A stretch of DNA of 64,000 nucleotides from Phaeosaccion multiseriatum (GCA_965112735.1 OZ218957.1:1984001-2048000); one strand, 5' to 3'. Counted from the first letter of the stretch, positions 49,565-62,278 are shown. The notes: generated by a model from the sequence alone, not told the origin. Program-made: numbers and translations.

Positions 49565-51603
49565 ATGGGCAGCCCCGCCGCTCCTACGACCCAGCCTGGG
49601 AAAATGTCTCGATACGCCTTCATTGATGGCTCCTGCTACGAGGGAGAGTGGCTGGAGGGGAGATTCCACGGCGAGGGAACACTCACCTGGGGTAAGTAAG
49701 TGGTCTGCTTTCTCGCTTTCTTTCTGACTCTGCGAGGACCATCACCCTTGCGGACTGCTGTGTTCCGGCCAGATCCGACGAGGAGGTAGCAGATGAGGCC
49801 AAAGAGGTCCTACGCAGGAGGTAGCAGATAAATATGGCAGACTGCGCCTGTGCCGCTCAAGTCACCCTTCCGGCACCGCTCCTCTTGCCCCCCCACGCAC
49901 CCCACGCACCCGCCACGCACAGCCAACGGCTGCAAGTATGAGGGAAGCTTCGAGAATGGCAAGAGGCACGGGCGTCGAGGCGTGTGCACGTTCCCAGGGG
50001 CCGAGGTGTACGAAGGGCAGTGGGCAGACGACGTGATGCACGGCAGCGGCACACTCACCATGAGTAATGGCAAGAAACTCACGGGCACCTGGAGCCATGG
50101 AGCCCCTGACTTTGCGCCGCCCACGGAGGGCTACAAGAGGTTCGACTTTCCCGACGGGATGGGCACCTACGAGGGGCACTGGAAGGGCGGCATGCGCCAT
50201 GGCAAGGGGTCGTTCACGGTGCGTGTGCGTCCTGATCGTATCTGTCTATGCATGCACTACGAACTTTGCACTATGCAGCTACGATGGTCTTGTGTCTTCG
50301 CCGATTATCGATTGTCGATGGCAGTCAACGGGGCACGTTGTGCTCCATCATCTGAGGACCATGGACGTACGGGGAAGAGGGGCAACTAGAAAGGCGAAGG
50401 AGAAGGGAGGAGGGAGGAGCGAGGAGCGGGAAGCTAACCGTAGTAGGCGGGTGGAAAGCTGTTGGACTCATCATTTTGGTGCTTCCTCTCGCGGGTTCGG
50501 GCGTTGAGTATGGAAAAGAGCCGTGACCCACTCATATTCTCACTCGGCAGTCTCCCTCCCTCCCTCTCTTCCTCCCTCCCCTCCCTCCCTCCCTCCCTCC
50601 CTCCTCTCTCCATCCCTCCCTCCCTCCCTCCCTCCCTTCATTCGATGTTGTCTCATGGTGAAATGGTATACACACGTGTAGTTCTCCAACGGAGACACGT
50701 ACGAGGGCGAATGGTCCGAAGGGGGCATCACCGGCAAGGGCGCGTACATGTTTGCACGCACAGGCGACAGTTACATCGGAGACTTTGTGGACGGGAGGAT
50801 GGAAGGCCAAGGTAGTTACACGTGGAGGCAGCGCAAGCAGGCCTATGTGGGACACTGGAAGGAGGGTGTGCGGAGTGGCTTTGGCACGCACTGGTTCGCC
50901 TCCACGGACACCACGGTAAGCCAGCTTTGATTGCTTCGTGCGTAGGGCTACTTACATACTGTATTGCAGGCGGTTTGTTCTGCCGTGAATGAGTCGTGAA
51001 GGAACGAATGAATGCACGCAATAGCAGCAGTCTCACGCACGCGCGCGAACGCACGCACGCACGCAACAACAGGTGAAGCTCGACTGCTACGAGGGGGAGT
51101 GGAGCGACAACAAGATGCACGGGGAAGGGCTGTACGTGGATGTCGACGGGGAAACCCACCGCGGCCGCTGGGACATGGGTAAATGCCCCGAGATTGACTT
51201 TGCACAGACACCAGCCGAGGGCGTGTTTCGATACCGCTTCGTGGGGGGGACTTACGAGGGGCAATGGGCAGATAAGAAGCCCAATGGCCGGGGTCGGATG
51301 GAGTATGCGGATGGGTCGGTGTACGACGGAGAGTGGAAGGATTTCCTGTTTCACGGTCAAGGCACATTGCTGCACGCGGATGGCGTGGTGTACGAGGGCG
51401 TGTGGAAGATGGGGCAAATGAGCGGGCAGGGCACGGCCAAGTATCGAGAGAGCGGAGAGGCGGGCCAGGGGCAGGGGCAGGGGCAGGGGCAGGGGCAGCA
51501 GCAGTTGGTGATACAGGGACAGGAGGGGCGCAATGACGACGGTAGATTAAGAAGCAGTAGTGGCGGTAGTAGTGGTAGTAGCAGTAGCCGTAGCATCGAT
51601 TGA
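49565..51603 (+). CDS. MORN-repeat protein, 4 exons
   Basis: Repeated YEGEWxxGxxHGxG motifs in exons ~49565-49691, ~49923-50218, ~50682-50915, ~51073-51603, joined by GT-AG introns; no catalytic domain visible. Confidence 0.9.
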
Positions 51604-52013
51604 AGACATTAGTTGTGTGTGTGTGCATAGGATACGAATGTTCTATATTATAATATTGACTCAAAATTGCTCTCGTTGTACAGTGTGGTCTGTACATGAT
51701 TTAATAATAAAATTGATTGTGCCCGCCCCTCTTTGTTGCGTGGAATAGTCCCCCCCCTCCGTATCAGTGCGTGTTGGCTTACGCTTCGTACCGAGCAGCA
51801 TGCATGGGCGTCCTTGTGTGTGTGTCCGGCTGAGAAAGGCCTGAGACAGTGGCGTCCTGCCCCCGCCCTTCCCCTCCCCCTCTGCTCCGTACGGAGTACC
51901 CTCCTCTTGCTGACGCTACTACTTCTATCTCCCTGCTGTATCACCAACTACTGCTGCCGCTGCTGCCGCTGCTGCCGATGCTGCCACTTCCGAAGCCTCT
52001 CTGGGCTCTCACA

Positions 52014-52114
52014 TTACGATAAGATTCTCGCGAGGCCCAAGCCCAGGCCGGCAATGGACACCATCCCTGTTCACAGTTCACGACATTTCAAAACGAGAGA
52101 GGCGACGGGAAAGC

Positions 52115-52166
<52 letters not shown>

Positions 52167-53268
52167 CCGCAAAGGGCAGAGTCAGAAGGTGGGAGAGGGG
52201 GATGTACAAAACAAAGGCAGCGAAGAGCTCAGGCCCAAGACCATTCGGACATTGCCATACATTGCCATCCGACGCGGCCGCCCGTCCGCCGACACTGCCC
52301 GGGGGGGGGGCTTTGCTTCGCTCTCCCCTTGCTCTCCCCTTGCCCTCGCTCTGCCCTCGCTCGACCTTGCCGCTCCCCACCCAAGCCTCCCGCCACCCCC
52401 CCACCCCTTTACTCTCCTGTGTATCCGTATCTGAAGACTCTCTTCTCCGCCTCGTCAATCTCATTCTGCAGCGCAGCGAAGCGCTGCTCGTCCTCTTGCC
52501 GCCGTCGGAGCATCTGCCGAGCCGACGGCCCAGGGGGGGGCGGAGCGGGACTCGTAAGGGGATGCGGTGTGACGCAGGTTGTGGGAGATCGTGGGGGAGT
52601 GGGTCAGTCGTCTATGGTCGAGGTTGGAGGGGCGACTTTCGAGCAGCTTCAGCTTCCAGCTTCCAGCAGCGCACACAGACACACAGAGAGACGTACACAC
52701 ACATATACACGCACAAATACACCCAGAGAAAGATAGAGAGACAGGGCATGCACGCACAGCTAGGGTGGGATGGGGTGGACACGTACGCACCCACCCACCC
52801 CTGCTCTTGCCCTCGCCCATACCCTTGCAGTACTCACCACTCACCCCCTCACCCCTCCTCCCTCACCTATACACACACACAAACACGTAGTTCTTAGGTT
52901 GATTCCCATCAATCAAAATATATAATCCCTTCCCCCACCTTCATCTCGAGCTCGTCCAAGTCTGCAGCTTGCACCATTGTGCTTGCCTTGAGTTCCGCCC
53001 TAAGTTCAGACCGTGTTTCGGCAAGATCCTGGGAAGGGGGGGAGAGAGGGGCAAGGGTACATACGTACATACTTGATTCACGGTCAATAACACAACTCAT
53101 GGCTCTGGGGGAAGGGCGTAGCTTGCGCAGTAACCCTCTACCACATTGCTTCCCTCCTTCCCCTCTCCGTTGCACCTCCGTCTTGTAGTGCCATTGTGCT
53201 CACCTTTTCCCACATCGATTTGTTGTACCGTTGATTGGTGTCAAATCGAAGGGTGGCTGATAGGGCAC

Positions 53269-53326
<58 letters not shown>

Positions 53327-54646
53327 TTGAGAGAGAGGCGAGAGGAAAGAGGAAATGAGAGGGAAGGTCTGTACAGACGAGAAGATTTCGAGGGCGGGAG
53401 GAGGGGAGGAGGGGGGGCGGGGCGTGCTTTCCACCAGCAAGACTCTTGCCCCAAAGCTCCTCCCTCATCTTCAAAAGATCAATGGGTCCACCACCTCTCT
53501 CCTCTCCCCTCTCCCCTCCCCTCTCTCCCTCCTCCGCCTTCCCCCTTCAAAACACCCGCCACGGCCGTCGGTGCAAATGCACTATCGTGTGCAACAACAC
53601 AAAGGTTACTAACACTTTGGCTCACCGTTAAACACCTCTTTACTGATCTCCATTTTGGTGTTCTGGAGGTCCTGGAGCTCTGCGAAGGTCTGCATATCGC
53701 GGCTCTGCTTAATTGCCAGCAGCACCTTTCTCATTTCGTTGGAATGACCGATACAATACATTTGTGTAGTGCCACACAAGCAACCGAGGAGGAGACACAG
53801 AGAGCAGAAGTTTCAGCTACAGGAAAGAGGGGGGGGGGGCGAGCGGGCTTTCAGTGATCTCAACCAGCAAAACAAGGCAGGAATAGTAGAGGCGAGGATT
53901 GTCGCGGAAAACAATACGGAAGGCAAAAAATTATCCTCTTGATAGGCAGGCAAGTACGTAGGTAGGGAGGTAGGTAAGGAGGTAGGTACACAGGGAGGTG
54001 CCTATACCTGGTCCATGATGGCCACGGCCTGACCCCGCCGCAGCCCTGAAGCTTCGAGGCTGCGGACGAAGCGAAACGTGTCCAAAATGCCTCCTTCGAG
54101 CCCGGCGGCCTCTCCTCTGTACTGGTCTGACATGTCCAAGCGGGGAGCACTTGGCACCTGCACGTCAGTGTCAATGCTCCGCCCGTCTTCTTCGGCTGCT
54201 CGGTCGAACTCCGCCGCGGACCCCGAAGAGGTGGTGAGAGAGGGAGGCATTGGCGGCAAGGGTGTGGTAGGAGAGGAGGACGGGGAGGGAGGGGTGTTTA
54301 CGGGAGGCACCCGTCTCTCCGCCTCCCGTCCTTCTCGACCTTCTCGTCCGTCTCGGCCTGCTGATGCTGGTGTTCCTATTGCCCCCCCCGCTCCTTTCCC
54401 AGCGCCTTCGGGGCCGCCACCGAAGCCTCCGCCGCCGAAGGGGGAGCCAGGAGGGAAAAGCGTCGACAAGCTCCTCGTTTGTGTCGAGGGCCTTGAGGTC
54501 CTAAACTTTGGCCTCCTCCTCTTGTTCTCCGAAGCAGTCCTGTTGCAGAGGGTCGAACTTGTGCTGTTGTTGCTGCTGCTACTGCGAATGGTGCGTCGAA
54601 TGGTGCTGGAAGTGCATTGCCGTGCGCCATGGATGGCGGCATTCAT
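52014..54646 (-). CDS. CCDC90/MCUR1/Fmp32 family (DUF1640) mitochondrial coiled-coil protein, 6 exons
   Basis: R/S/T-rich presequence-like N-terminus; head motif LDTFRFVRSLEASGLRRGQAVAIMDQ; coiled coil DLAETRSELRAELK..LQNEIDEAEKRVFRY; C-terminal anchor GMVSIAGLGLGLARILS* (exon 52066-52014). Confidence 0.8.
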
Positions 54647-54793
54647 GGTCCAACCTCGGCTTTGCAAGGATAGCAGCACTCGCCAATATGAAGAACCACC
54701 TCTTCTACTCCGATAACCATAGATGGCACTTAAGGGTGTAATATACTATACCCTTCTCTCGCGACTCGACTCTCATTGCCGCCCCGGTGCATA
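54647..54793. promoter_or_regulatory. Candidate compact bidirectional promoter
   Basis: 147 bp between divergent ATGs (54646 on -, 54794 on +), with an AT-rich patch taatatactata at ~54739. Confidence 0.45.
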
Positions 54794-55077
54794 ATGAGTA
54801 CTCTTCCAACCCATCCTCCTCCTCCTGAAAGGGTAGAGATCGGCACTAGCAATAAGATGCTCAAAGATAAGGGTCAGCGCATCGGCGAGGTGCGTTGGAG
54901 TGAGTCGAATTCGAAACCACCACCCTCCTTCCTCTCCCTCCTCTCTCTCCCCTCCTTAGACTCTCCTACTCGCACCGCTTCTCTGTCGCTTCTGTCTCCC
55001 CTCCTTGCCCTCTCCTCTTTCTCCCTCCCCTGCTTACTCTCCCCATCCCTCCCTTGCTCGCCTCCCTCCCGCTCTCA

Positions 55078-55134
<57 letters not shown>

Positions 55135-55907
55135 CATATCGCTCTCAGACATTAAAGCTCGTGGATCAATTCACTGCCGTGGCCACGCAGAATGCCGAAG
55201 CCTTGCGCCTTGAGGACTCTGCCGAGTAAGCCAAATCATATCTCGCTCACTAAGACACAGAGAGGCAGGCAGTATAATGAAGGACGGCACAGGACCACGC
55301 TTGTGTGTCGAGTGGTGGACTCCAATCTCCTGTCCTTTCTCTAAACGAGCGAACGCTCCTTCCCTCTTTCCTCCCCTCTCTGCCTCCCCGTCCTGCCCTC
55401 TTCTCCTCCGCCTTTATCTCTCTCGGAAGGTACCTCGACATGGCCATGGGTACCCTCGTGGCCCTGGAGGAGGAGCTGCAGCACGAGTGCCAGACCTTCA
55501 AGGGGGGCTATTTCAGTTACCACAGTATGCCCGTCGAGGCACAACAGCCCCCTCCCCCCACCGGGAGGAGCCTCTCTTCTTCCCTGTCGCCGCCTCCCCC
55601 CGCCTTTCGCCCTCGCGCGGGAGGAGGAGGAGGAGGAGGAGGAGGAGGGGCCAGCAAGAGCCACAAGAGACCCGTACCCGTAGCAGCCTCTTCTGCACCA
55701 CCAAGTGCTGTTCCTGTTGGCACTGCGGTAACTACCAGGGAGCAACAGCAGCACCAGCAGCACGCCATGAAGCGAGCGAGAGAGGGAGGACCGGCGGCGT
55801 CTTCGTCTCCGTCCTTTTATTCTTGTACCCCAGAGGCGGGAGGAGCGGCACCAGCGAAGACAGGAGGGCCGCCGGCTCAACCTACATCCCTCTTTCCTCG
55901 ACCATAG
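54794..55907 (+). CDS. Small helical protein of unknown function with low-complexity tail, 3 exons
   Basis: Exons ~54794-54889, ~55149-55225, ~55430-55907 splice in frame: ..KDKGQRIGE|TLKLVDQFTAVATQNAEALRLEDSAE|YLDMAMGTLVALEEELQHECQTFKGGYFSYHSMP.. The introns carry typical SSR/pyrimidine tracts. Confidence 0.6.
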
Positions 55908-55942
55908 TGGTGGGGTATCATCATCATCATCATCACCATCAC

Positions 55943-55979
<37 letters not shown>

Positions 55980-57441
55980 GATAGCAGCAGCAGCAGCAGC
56001 AGTTGGTGATACAGCAGCAGTATGGTGGGGTGGTGGGCGCCCTGGTGCTAACACGGCTGTGGAGCGGCGGTAGAGCGGCAGCAAACCTTCCAAATGTGCG
56101 CTGCTCTATTGCCACATAAGACCACGGCACTCCAACCCCTCGTCGTCGGAGGCAGCGCAGTGGGATGATGGTGGGGGGCTGAGCTAAGGAGCTGTGGTGT
56201 CTCCTTGTCCGCTTGGCTTTTCTTGTGCACAAGAAAGAAAGAGTTGCTTCTTTTGATGCGCGCATTGCAGTCTCTCGCTGCTCTCCACACGAAGGGTCTT
56301 TCGTTTTGTCCTTCGCCTTTTTGGGATGAATTTGGCAGAAGACACGAGCGTTTGTGGGTAGGCCCTCTTGTTCTCTTGCAGGGGGCTCACCTCGGAAGCA
56401 GGAGGGAGGTCGAAGGAGGAGGAGGAGGAGGAGGAGGAGGAGGAGGAGGAGGAGACGAACCCCCTTCTAGCCTGTGGCCCCTTTCTGTTGCGGCTGCTCT
56501 CAGTTACTGACGGTGGAAAGTGGCGGCAAGTCAGTTTCAGCTTCAATATGGCAGTTTTTTTGGCGAAAGAAGAGGCAGTGAGTGACCAAGGCAAACGGGC
56601 AGGGAGGGCCGGCCTAGTTTGAGCGAACAAAGCAAGGGCCTCAGCAACGTGCGCTGCGATAGTTTCCACCCCCCCACTCCGCGAACACTCGGGGCCGCGT
56701 CCGAGTGGAAGAGAATGGAGCACAGCTCTTGTGGATATGCTGTGGCAGGGAAGGGAGAGGGTTTCCAGCCCGAGACTTTGATCTTCTCTCGACTTTGCTC
56801 TTCTCGATTGGCCGGTGCGGAGGGTAAGGTAGGGAAGGGGGTTCAAGCGGCTGCCAAGACCACTTTGGGGGGGGGGGTTGAATTGGGCTCCAGAGTTGGG
56901 ATGCAACTTTTTTGAACCCTTATAGATACCCTTGACCCTGTTGCTCTCCCTCCTTGGACGGCTTTTTAGCTTTTTTGGTCAGTCACTCAATCACCCCCAC
57001 CAGGCTCTACTGTTTTACTTGTTGTTGTTGTTGTTCTTGTTGTTGTTGTATATTGTTTTTAGTATCAATCCCCTCAGAGGGAGGGTTATTATAACAAAAG
57101 AGAGAAATGCAGCCAAGCACACACCTCTCAAGAGGAGAGGAAGTCTTTGACGCGAAGGGGGCCATAAATACACAACAAGAAGAAGCAGAAAGAAAACAAT
57201 GAAAAAGAAGGAAGGCAGCGCATATACCTTTCTTTGCATGTGAGACAAAACGCCCCTCTCACATGGGTGTGGGTGCCTGTTCTGCTCTCAACCACCGCCG
57301 TGTGGGCAGTGAAGAGGAACAAGAGGAGGGAACAAGTAGAAGCAGAAGCAGAAGCAGACAAACACACTACCCCAGTCACTTGACTGTATGTCACACCACC
57401 CAGGCAGCCGACCAGACGCTACCACACCACAAATGCACACC

Positions 57442-57478
<37 letters not shown>

Positions 57479-57515
57479 TGATACAAAACGAAAAATCAAA
57501 TCAAATCCAATCCAA

Positions 57516-60127
57516 TCAAACGGCGAAGAGGGCGCCCGACATAAAGATATCAGCGGTGAGCAATGCACCGCCCATCGCCATGGCAAGGGCGCGCTTCTTG
57601 TCGAACTGAACCCCCGACATGGCCCACACATCGTCCACCGACTTGGACCACTGTGCCGCTCCGCCCCACAGACGACGCAGGGAAGAGGTCGATCGCTGTC
57701 GCTCATCCTCCTCTGCCTCGGCGACCGCCACTCGCTGCTTGTGGCGGACCGAGGCCCCTCGCCAGGCGCTCTGGAGTCGAATCGCCGAGGTGTGCTTTGC
57801 TCGGGCGAGGGCCCGCTCTCGTCCGGCTTGTTTTCGGTCCTGAAGCGCCTTCCACTCGCGAGACATGACCGCCTCTACCGAGGCGCCCTTTTTGTGCACG
57901 TGAAGGGCGTGATCCAGCCACGCCCGCTCCACCACCGCCACCGCAGCTTTGCGAATCACCAACTTGCGTGCCACTGCGTGTCGCCATTTCAGCTGAATCG
58001 TACGCGCTGCTCCTTGCCTCCTGGCCTCCTTGACCCGAAGCCATTGCCCGCCAATCACACCCGCTGCCGCCGTGTATGCGACTCTCCTCTCCCGAGCCAA
58101 GGCCCGCCCCCTTCGCCCTCTGAGTCGCGGCTGCAAGTGGGCCGCCACCGCCTGTGCGGCCTCCACACGATGCACGATTGGGAACTTGGCAAAGAGCTGA
58201 GCCAGCACGGCAACGTTCATGTGCTGCTGCCCCTGCAGAATGTGCTTGACGCAGAAGAAGGCACTCACCCCAAGCTTCTTGGCCACCCCCTCCAGCGCAT
58301 CGAGACGGTCCTCTGGCGAGCACTCCTCCGCCATCAGCTCGGGGGGAGGGCATCCGAACCCCACTCGTTGTCGCCCTCCCCTTCTTCTTGCTCCTCCTCC
58401 TCCCTCCTGCACGGCGCAAAGGTGGTGCAGCAGATACATGTAGGCAACACCGTCGGACAAATCTTCCCCCAGATTATCCGCGTAGACCCCTCGACCGGGG
58501 CTCGCCCACGCCAGCTGATTGTTGAGCCACCTGCGCAGGAGCTCCTCCGCAGGGAGTGCTACGCCTGCCCCTGCGCCGCTTTGCAGAGCAGGGTCAGAGC
58601 GCCCCCCCCAACTCGCCCCCAGGCCCCCACCCCCTCTTCCTCCTCCTCCTCCTCCTCCTCCTCCTCCTCCTCCTCCTCCTCCTCCTCCTCCTCCTCCTCC
58701 TCCTCCTTCTCCTCCCCACCCATGGCGCTCCTCCCACTTGTTGTTGTTGTTGTAGTTGTTGTTGGGGCTGCTGTTGCTGCTCTTGTTGTTGTAGTTGTAG
58801 TAGTTGTCCTGGAGCTCCAACAGCACCGGATACTCTGCCACATTGACGTGCCCCATGACCTGTATTTTGATGAGCTGCCACAACAAGCCCAGCAGCAGCG
58901 TGGGTCGTGCCTGCGTAATGTCTTCCGGGCCGATGTTCACCAGCGTAACGCCGATTTCACTGTGAAGAGCAGAAGCAGAGAGGGAGCAGGAAGGGAAGGG
59001 GGGGGGGGTGGGGTCCGGAGAAGCCAAGAAATTAGCCGAGGATTGATTTGTACTTACCCTCGGGAAAGGCGAGCTTCCCTCCTCCTCCTCCTCCTCCTCC
59101 TCCTCCTCGTCCTCCTCCTCGTCCTGCTGTTCCCCTTCATTGTCCACTACCTCCCCCGCTCCTCCTCCTTCTCTACCTCCCCTTCTCCATCTCCACCCCC
59201 TCCATCTTCTCTACATCCCCCACATCACCATCTCCACCCTTACCTGGCTGCCCGCAGAACCCTGCTGGCGTTTTCCGTGGCGCGGTAGATGCTCACGCTC
59301 TGCCCAGTGGACAGTAGGCTCATGTCCACCGCTCCGGGCCGGCAGAGGTTAACGAGTTTGGCGAGTAGCAGCCCGTCTCCGCAGGCCGTAAAGAGGGTTT
59401 CCGCGTCCAATCGCATCTTGTGGGCAACATCCTTGTCGTTCTCGAGACACGCGTTGAGGTGCGTGGCGAAGGCGTCCACCTCCTCCTCATCGTAGGAGTG
59501 CCTGCTCCCCGTGTGCTGCGACGTGATGTTTTCAATCTCCCGCACGGTGCAGTGCAAGGACGTTCTTTTCCTCTGCCTGGACGGACGGAACTCAGTGCAG
59601 CTCAGTCTCTCGCCGTTACTCAGAGACATTCGGGGGCTTCGATTCGGGGAGCGGCGCTGGAGGGGCGATACAGAGGAGGGAACAGACGGGGGAGACGGAG
59701 GATCCCCGACTGCGCCTGGCATGGACATGCGCGACACCTTGGGTGGGGTCGGCATGGTGCTTCGCTTCTTCAGAAGACTCTGCGGCTCGCCCACAAAGCT
59801 TGATCCTCTGTCGTAGCTGATGGACCACTTCGGCGCAAACGAGTTCCTCCCATCCTCCTTGGCCTCTGCCGCCGCCGCCTCCATTGCGGTGGGGCTATTC
59901 ACGCACTGCTCCGACAGATCCGCTGTGGCCGCCGTGCTCCCGCGGCTCCGAGCGCTGCAGTCCATCCCGACGCTGCCCATGCCGCAGTCACCCCTGTCCC
60001 GCTGAGCAGACTTCCGGATGAGTCTCTCGATGCTCGGGATGCCCCCTTCTCCGTCGTCATCGCTGTCCTCGTTACCCCCGGTGAACTTTGCGAGGTCAAG
60101 CACCGCTGCCTCAGAGTCAAGTGCCAT
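57516..60127 (-). CDS. Fimbrin/plastin-type single actin-binding domain (CH1-CH2) protein with IQ motifs and hydrophobic C-terminus, 2 exons
   Basis: HSYDEEEVDAFATHLN..DGLLLAKLVNL..ENASRVLRAAS|EIGVTLVNIGPEDI..LLLGLLWQLIK..EELLRRWLN..DLSDGVAYMYLLHHL..MNVAVLAQLF. Intron 59243-58960. IQ-like IQLKWRHAVARK and LQSAWRGASVRH. Confidence 0.82.
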
Positions 60128-60688
60128 TGCCGCACCACCCTCGGCCTGTCTCTTCTGTCTTCAAGAGCACCTTCCTGAAGCCCTCAGGCTCCCACCTTGG
60201 GGGCTAGTGCGTAGCTCCGCCCGCAGCTGCTCTCCTCTTCTTCCACGTGCGCTGATTCTACATGCAATCGATCGGAAGGCAGTGATGTGTAGCCAAGAAA
60301 TCAAGAGTCGTGGGAGGGGGTTCGGCGCGCTCTGGATGGGAGGACCTACTAAGAGCAAGGCGCAAGCGTCTATCCTATGCTGTTGACGCTTCTTCTCTCT
60401 TGTGCCTCTCAATTTCCGCCACCCCCCGTTGATAATTTAGTTTCCCCACACCAACCTAAATTGCTGATATCCAACCTCGACTTTTGATTTTTGCTGATGG
60501 AGAGATCGATTTTTGCAATTGAGTCCCCCCCTGGGTGGCGTTACATTTTTTTGCCACACACAGCAGCAGGAGGCAAGGAGAGGAGATCAGAAGCAGTACA
60601 GGTGGTAGAAGAAGTATCAGCAGTCAGCAACAGGTAGTGTCGCAAAGGTTCCACCAGGAGGAGAGGAGGAGGGGGTGCCAGAGCGAGG

Positions 60689-62278
60689 ATGGCCTCCGCA
60701 GAGGTGGCCATGCCTGACTATGAGACTCGCAGCGAGCGCTCGGGGGTTAGCGCTGCTCGCTCCGGTCGCAGCGGAAACTCCAATGGGTCGAGGCGGTATC
60801 GAACGGTGTCCCGAGGCAGTAACGTGGACGAGTCCCTGTTCGGCGGGGACGGGGTGGTGCCGAGGGGGCGAAAGTCCAGCTTGGGTAGCACGGGGCGGAA
60901 GATAGTCAAGGGCCAGATTCCAGCCAACGCCACGGTACTGACTATGGATGACATTAGGGCCATCAAGATGAGGAGCACGATTCGCTCGGCCGCGGAGGAG
61001 GATGAGGAGAGGAGGGCCAGAGAGGCCGAGAACGATTTGCGCAACAAGGCGGCAAAGGACAGGAAGGCGAGAATGCTTGAGATGGAGGCCGAGGCCAAGC
61101 TCAAGGCCAAGAAGAGCGACATTGAGGTGGAGAAGATGGCGCGGGATCAGATGATCAAGGAGATCGCCGAGGGCAAGTTGGACGAGAACAACGACCTGGT
61201 GAAGCTCATGCAGTCCCTGGGGGCCCGTGCCGCCGCCTTTACCATCCGCGACAGGCAAATGGACGAGAAGAAGGACCAAGCGAAGCGTGAGAAGGAGTAC
61301 GACGACCGCATGGAGGCTTTGATGGAGCTGGACAGGCTCAAGGACATTAAGCGCCGCGACGAAGAGGAAAGGCGAAAGGTGCTGAAGCGGCGCGAGGACC
61401 GGCAGGTGATCATCGAGCAGATCCAGGCCAGGGAGAAGGCCAAGGTGATGGAGCTTGAGGCCCGGGAGCAGGAGAACAAGATCATGCTGGCGACGATTAA
61501 GCGCTACGAGGAGGAGGATAAGAAGGTGGCGGAGAAGCACGCAGAGGAGGTGGCCAAGTCCCGCCAGGAGGTGATGGACGCGAACGAGCACTTCATCCAA
61601 CTCAAGACGCTGGGCAAGCTGCGGGAGCAGGAGGAGGTGGAGGCAATCCTGGCCTACCAGGTCAAGAAGGACGCCGAGATGAGGAGGAGAGAGGAGGAGG
61701 AGCAGGAGAAGGAGCGCATGTACAAGGAGCGCCAGCTGAAGCTGTTGGCGAACCAACAGAAGGACATGGACAAGCGTGCGGAGGTGGACGAGGTGCGCGC
61801 CAGACGAGCGGCTGAGGAGAAGGAGAGGAGAGAGCGGCGACGGGAGAGGACAGAGAGCGAGAAGAGGCGCCTGGACATTATGCAGCTGCAGGAAGACCGC
61901 AAGAAACAGGCCAGTATGAAGAAGGCGCAGCTGGCGAGAGAAGCCGAGCAGGAGGAGGCCGAGTACGAGGCAGCCCTGCGCTACAACTCACAAATGTCCA
62001 AGAGGGAGAAGGCCGAGGAGGAGCGTAAGCACGCGCTAAACATGCAGCACCGCGAGGAGCTGCAAGCACAGGTGCTACGTGGAGAGAACAGGCGCAAGGA
62101 GGAGCGAATGGCCAAATTCGAAGAGGGGAGGATGCTCAAACAAGCCACGGCGGCAGAGAAGGCCCGCCTTGAGGCCTTGAGAGACAAGATGTGCAGCGAC
62201 ATGGAGGCCAAGGGCTTCAACCCCAAGTACCTCACGGAGGTCAAGTCTATCGACATTCACAAGCTGCAGATGCGGTGA
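60689..62278 (+). CDS. CFAP45: Cilia- and flagella-associated protein 45 (CCDC19, TPH domain), intronless
   Basis: SNVDESLFG, DLVKLMQSLGARAAAFTIRDRQ, DEVRARRAAEEKER and GFNPKYLTEV motifs in a 529-aa E/K/R-rich coiled coil with strong GC3 codon bias. Confidence 0.85.
   Translation: MASAEVAMPDYETRSERSGVSAARSGRSGNSNGSRRYRTVSRGSNVDESLFGGDGVVPRGRKSSLGSTGRKIVKGQIPANATVLTMDDIRAIKMRSTIRSAAEEDEERRAREAENDLRNKAAKDRKARMLEMEAEAKLKAKKSDIEVEKMARDQMIKEIAEGKLDENNDLVKLMQSLGARAAAFTIRDRQMDEKKDQAKREKEYDDRMEALMELDRLKDIKRRDEEERRKVLKRREDRQVIIEQIQAREKAKVMELEAREQENKIMLATIKRYEEEDKKVAEKHAEEVAKSRQEVMDANEHFIQLKTLGKLREQEEVEAILAYQVKKDAEMRRREEEEQEKERMYKERQLKLLANQQKDMDKRAEVDEVRARRAAEEKERRERRRERTESEKRRLDIMQLQEDRKKQASMKKAQLAREAEQEEAEYEAALRYNSQMSKREKAEEERKHALNMQHREELQAQVLRGENRRKEERMAKFEEGRMLKQATAAEKARLEALRDKMCSDMEAKGFNPKYLTEVKSIDIHKLQMR

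Noticed and set aside
56100-57500. ORFs 56184..56906 (-), 56205..56510 and 56619..56915 (+)
   Set aside because: No recognisable domains or coherent exon structure; more likely UTR/intergenic DNA between convergent genes.
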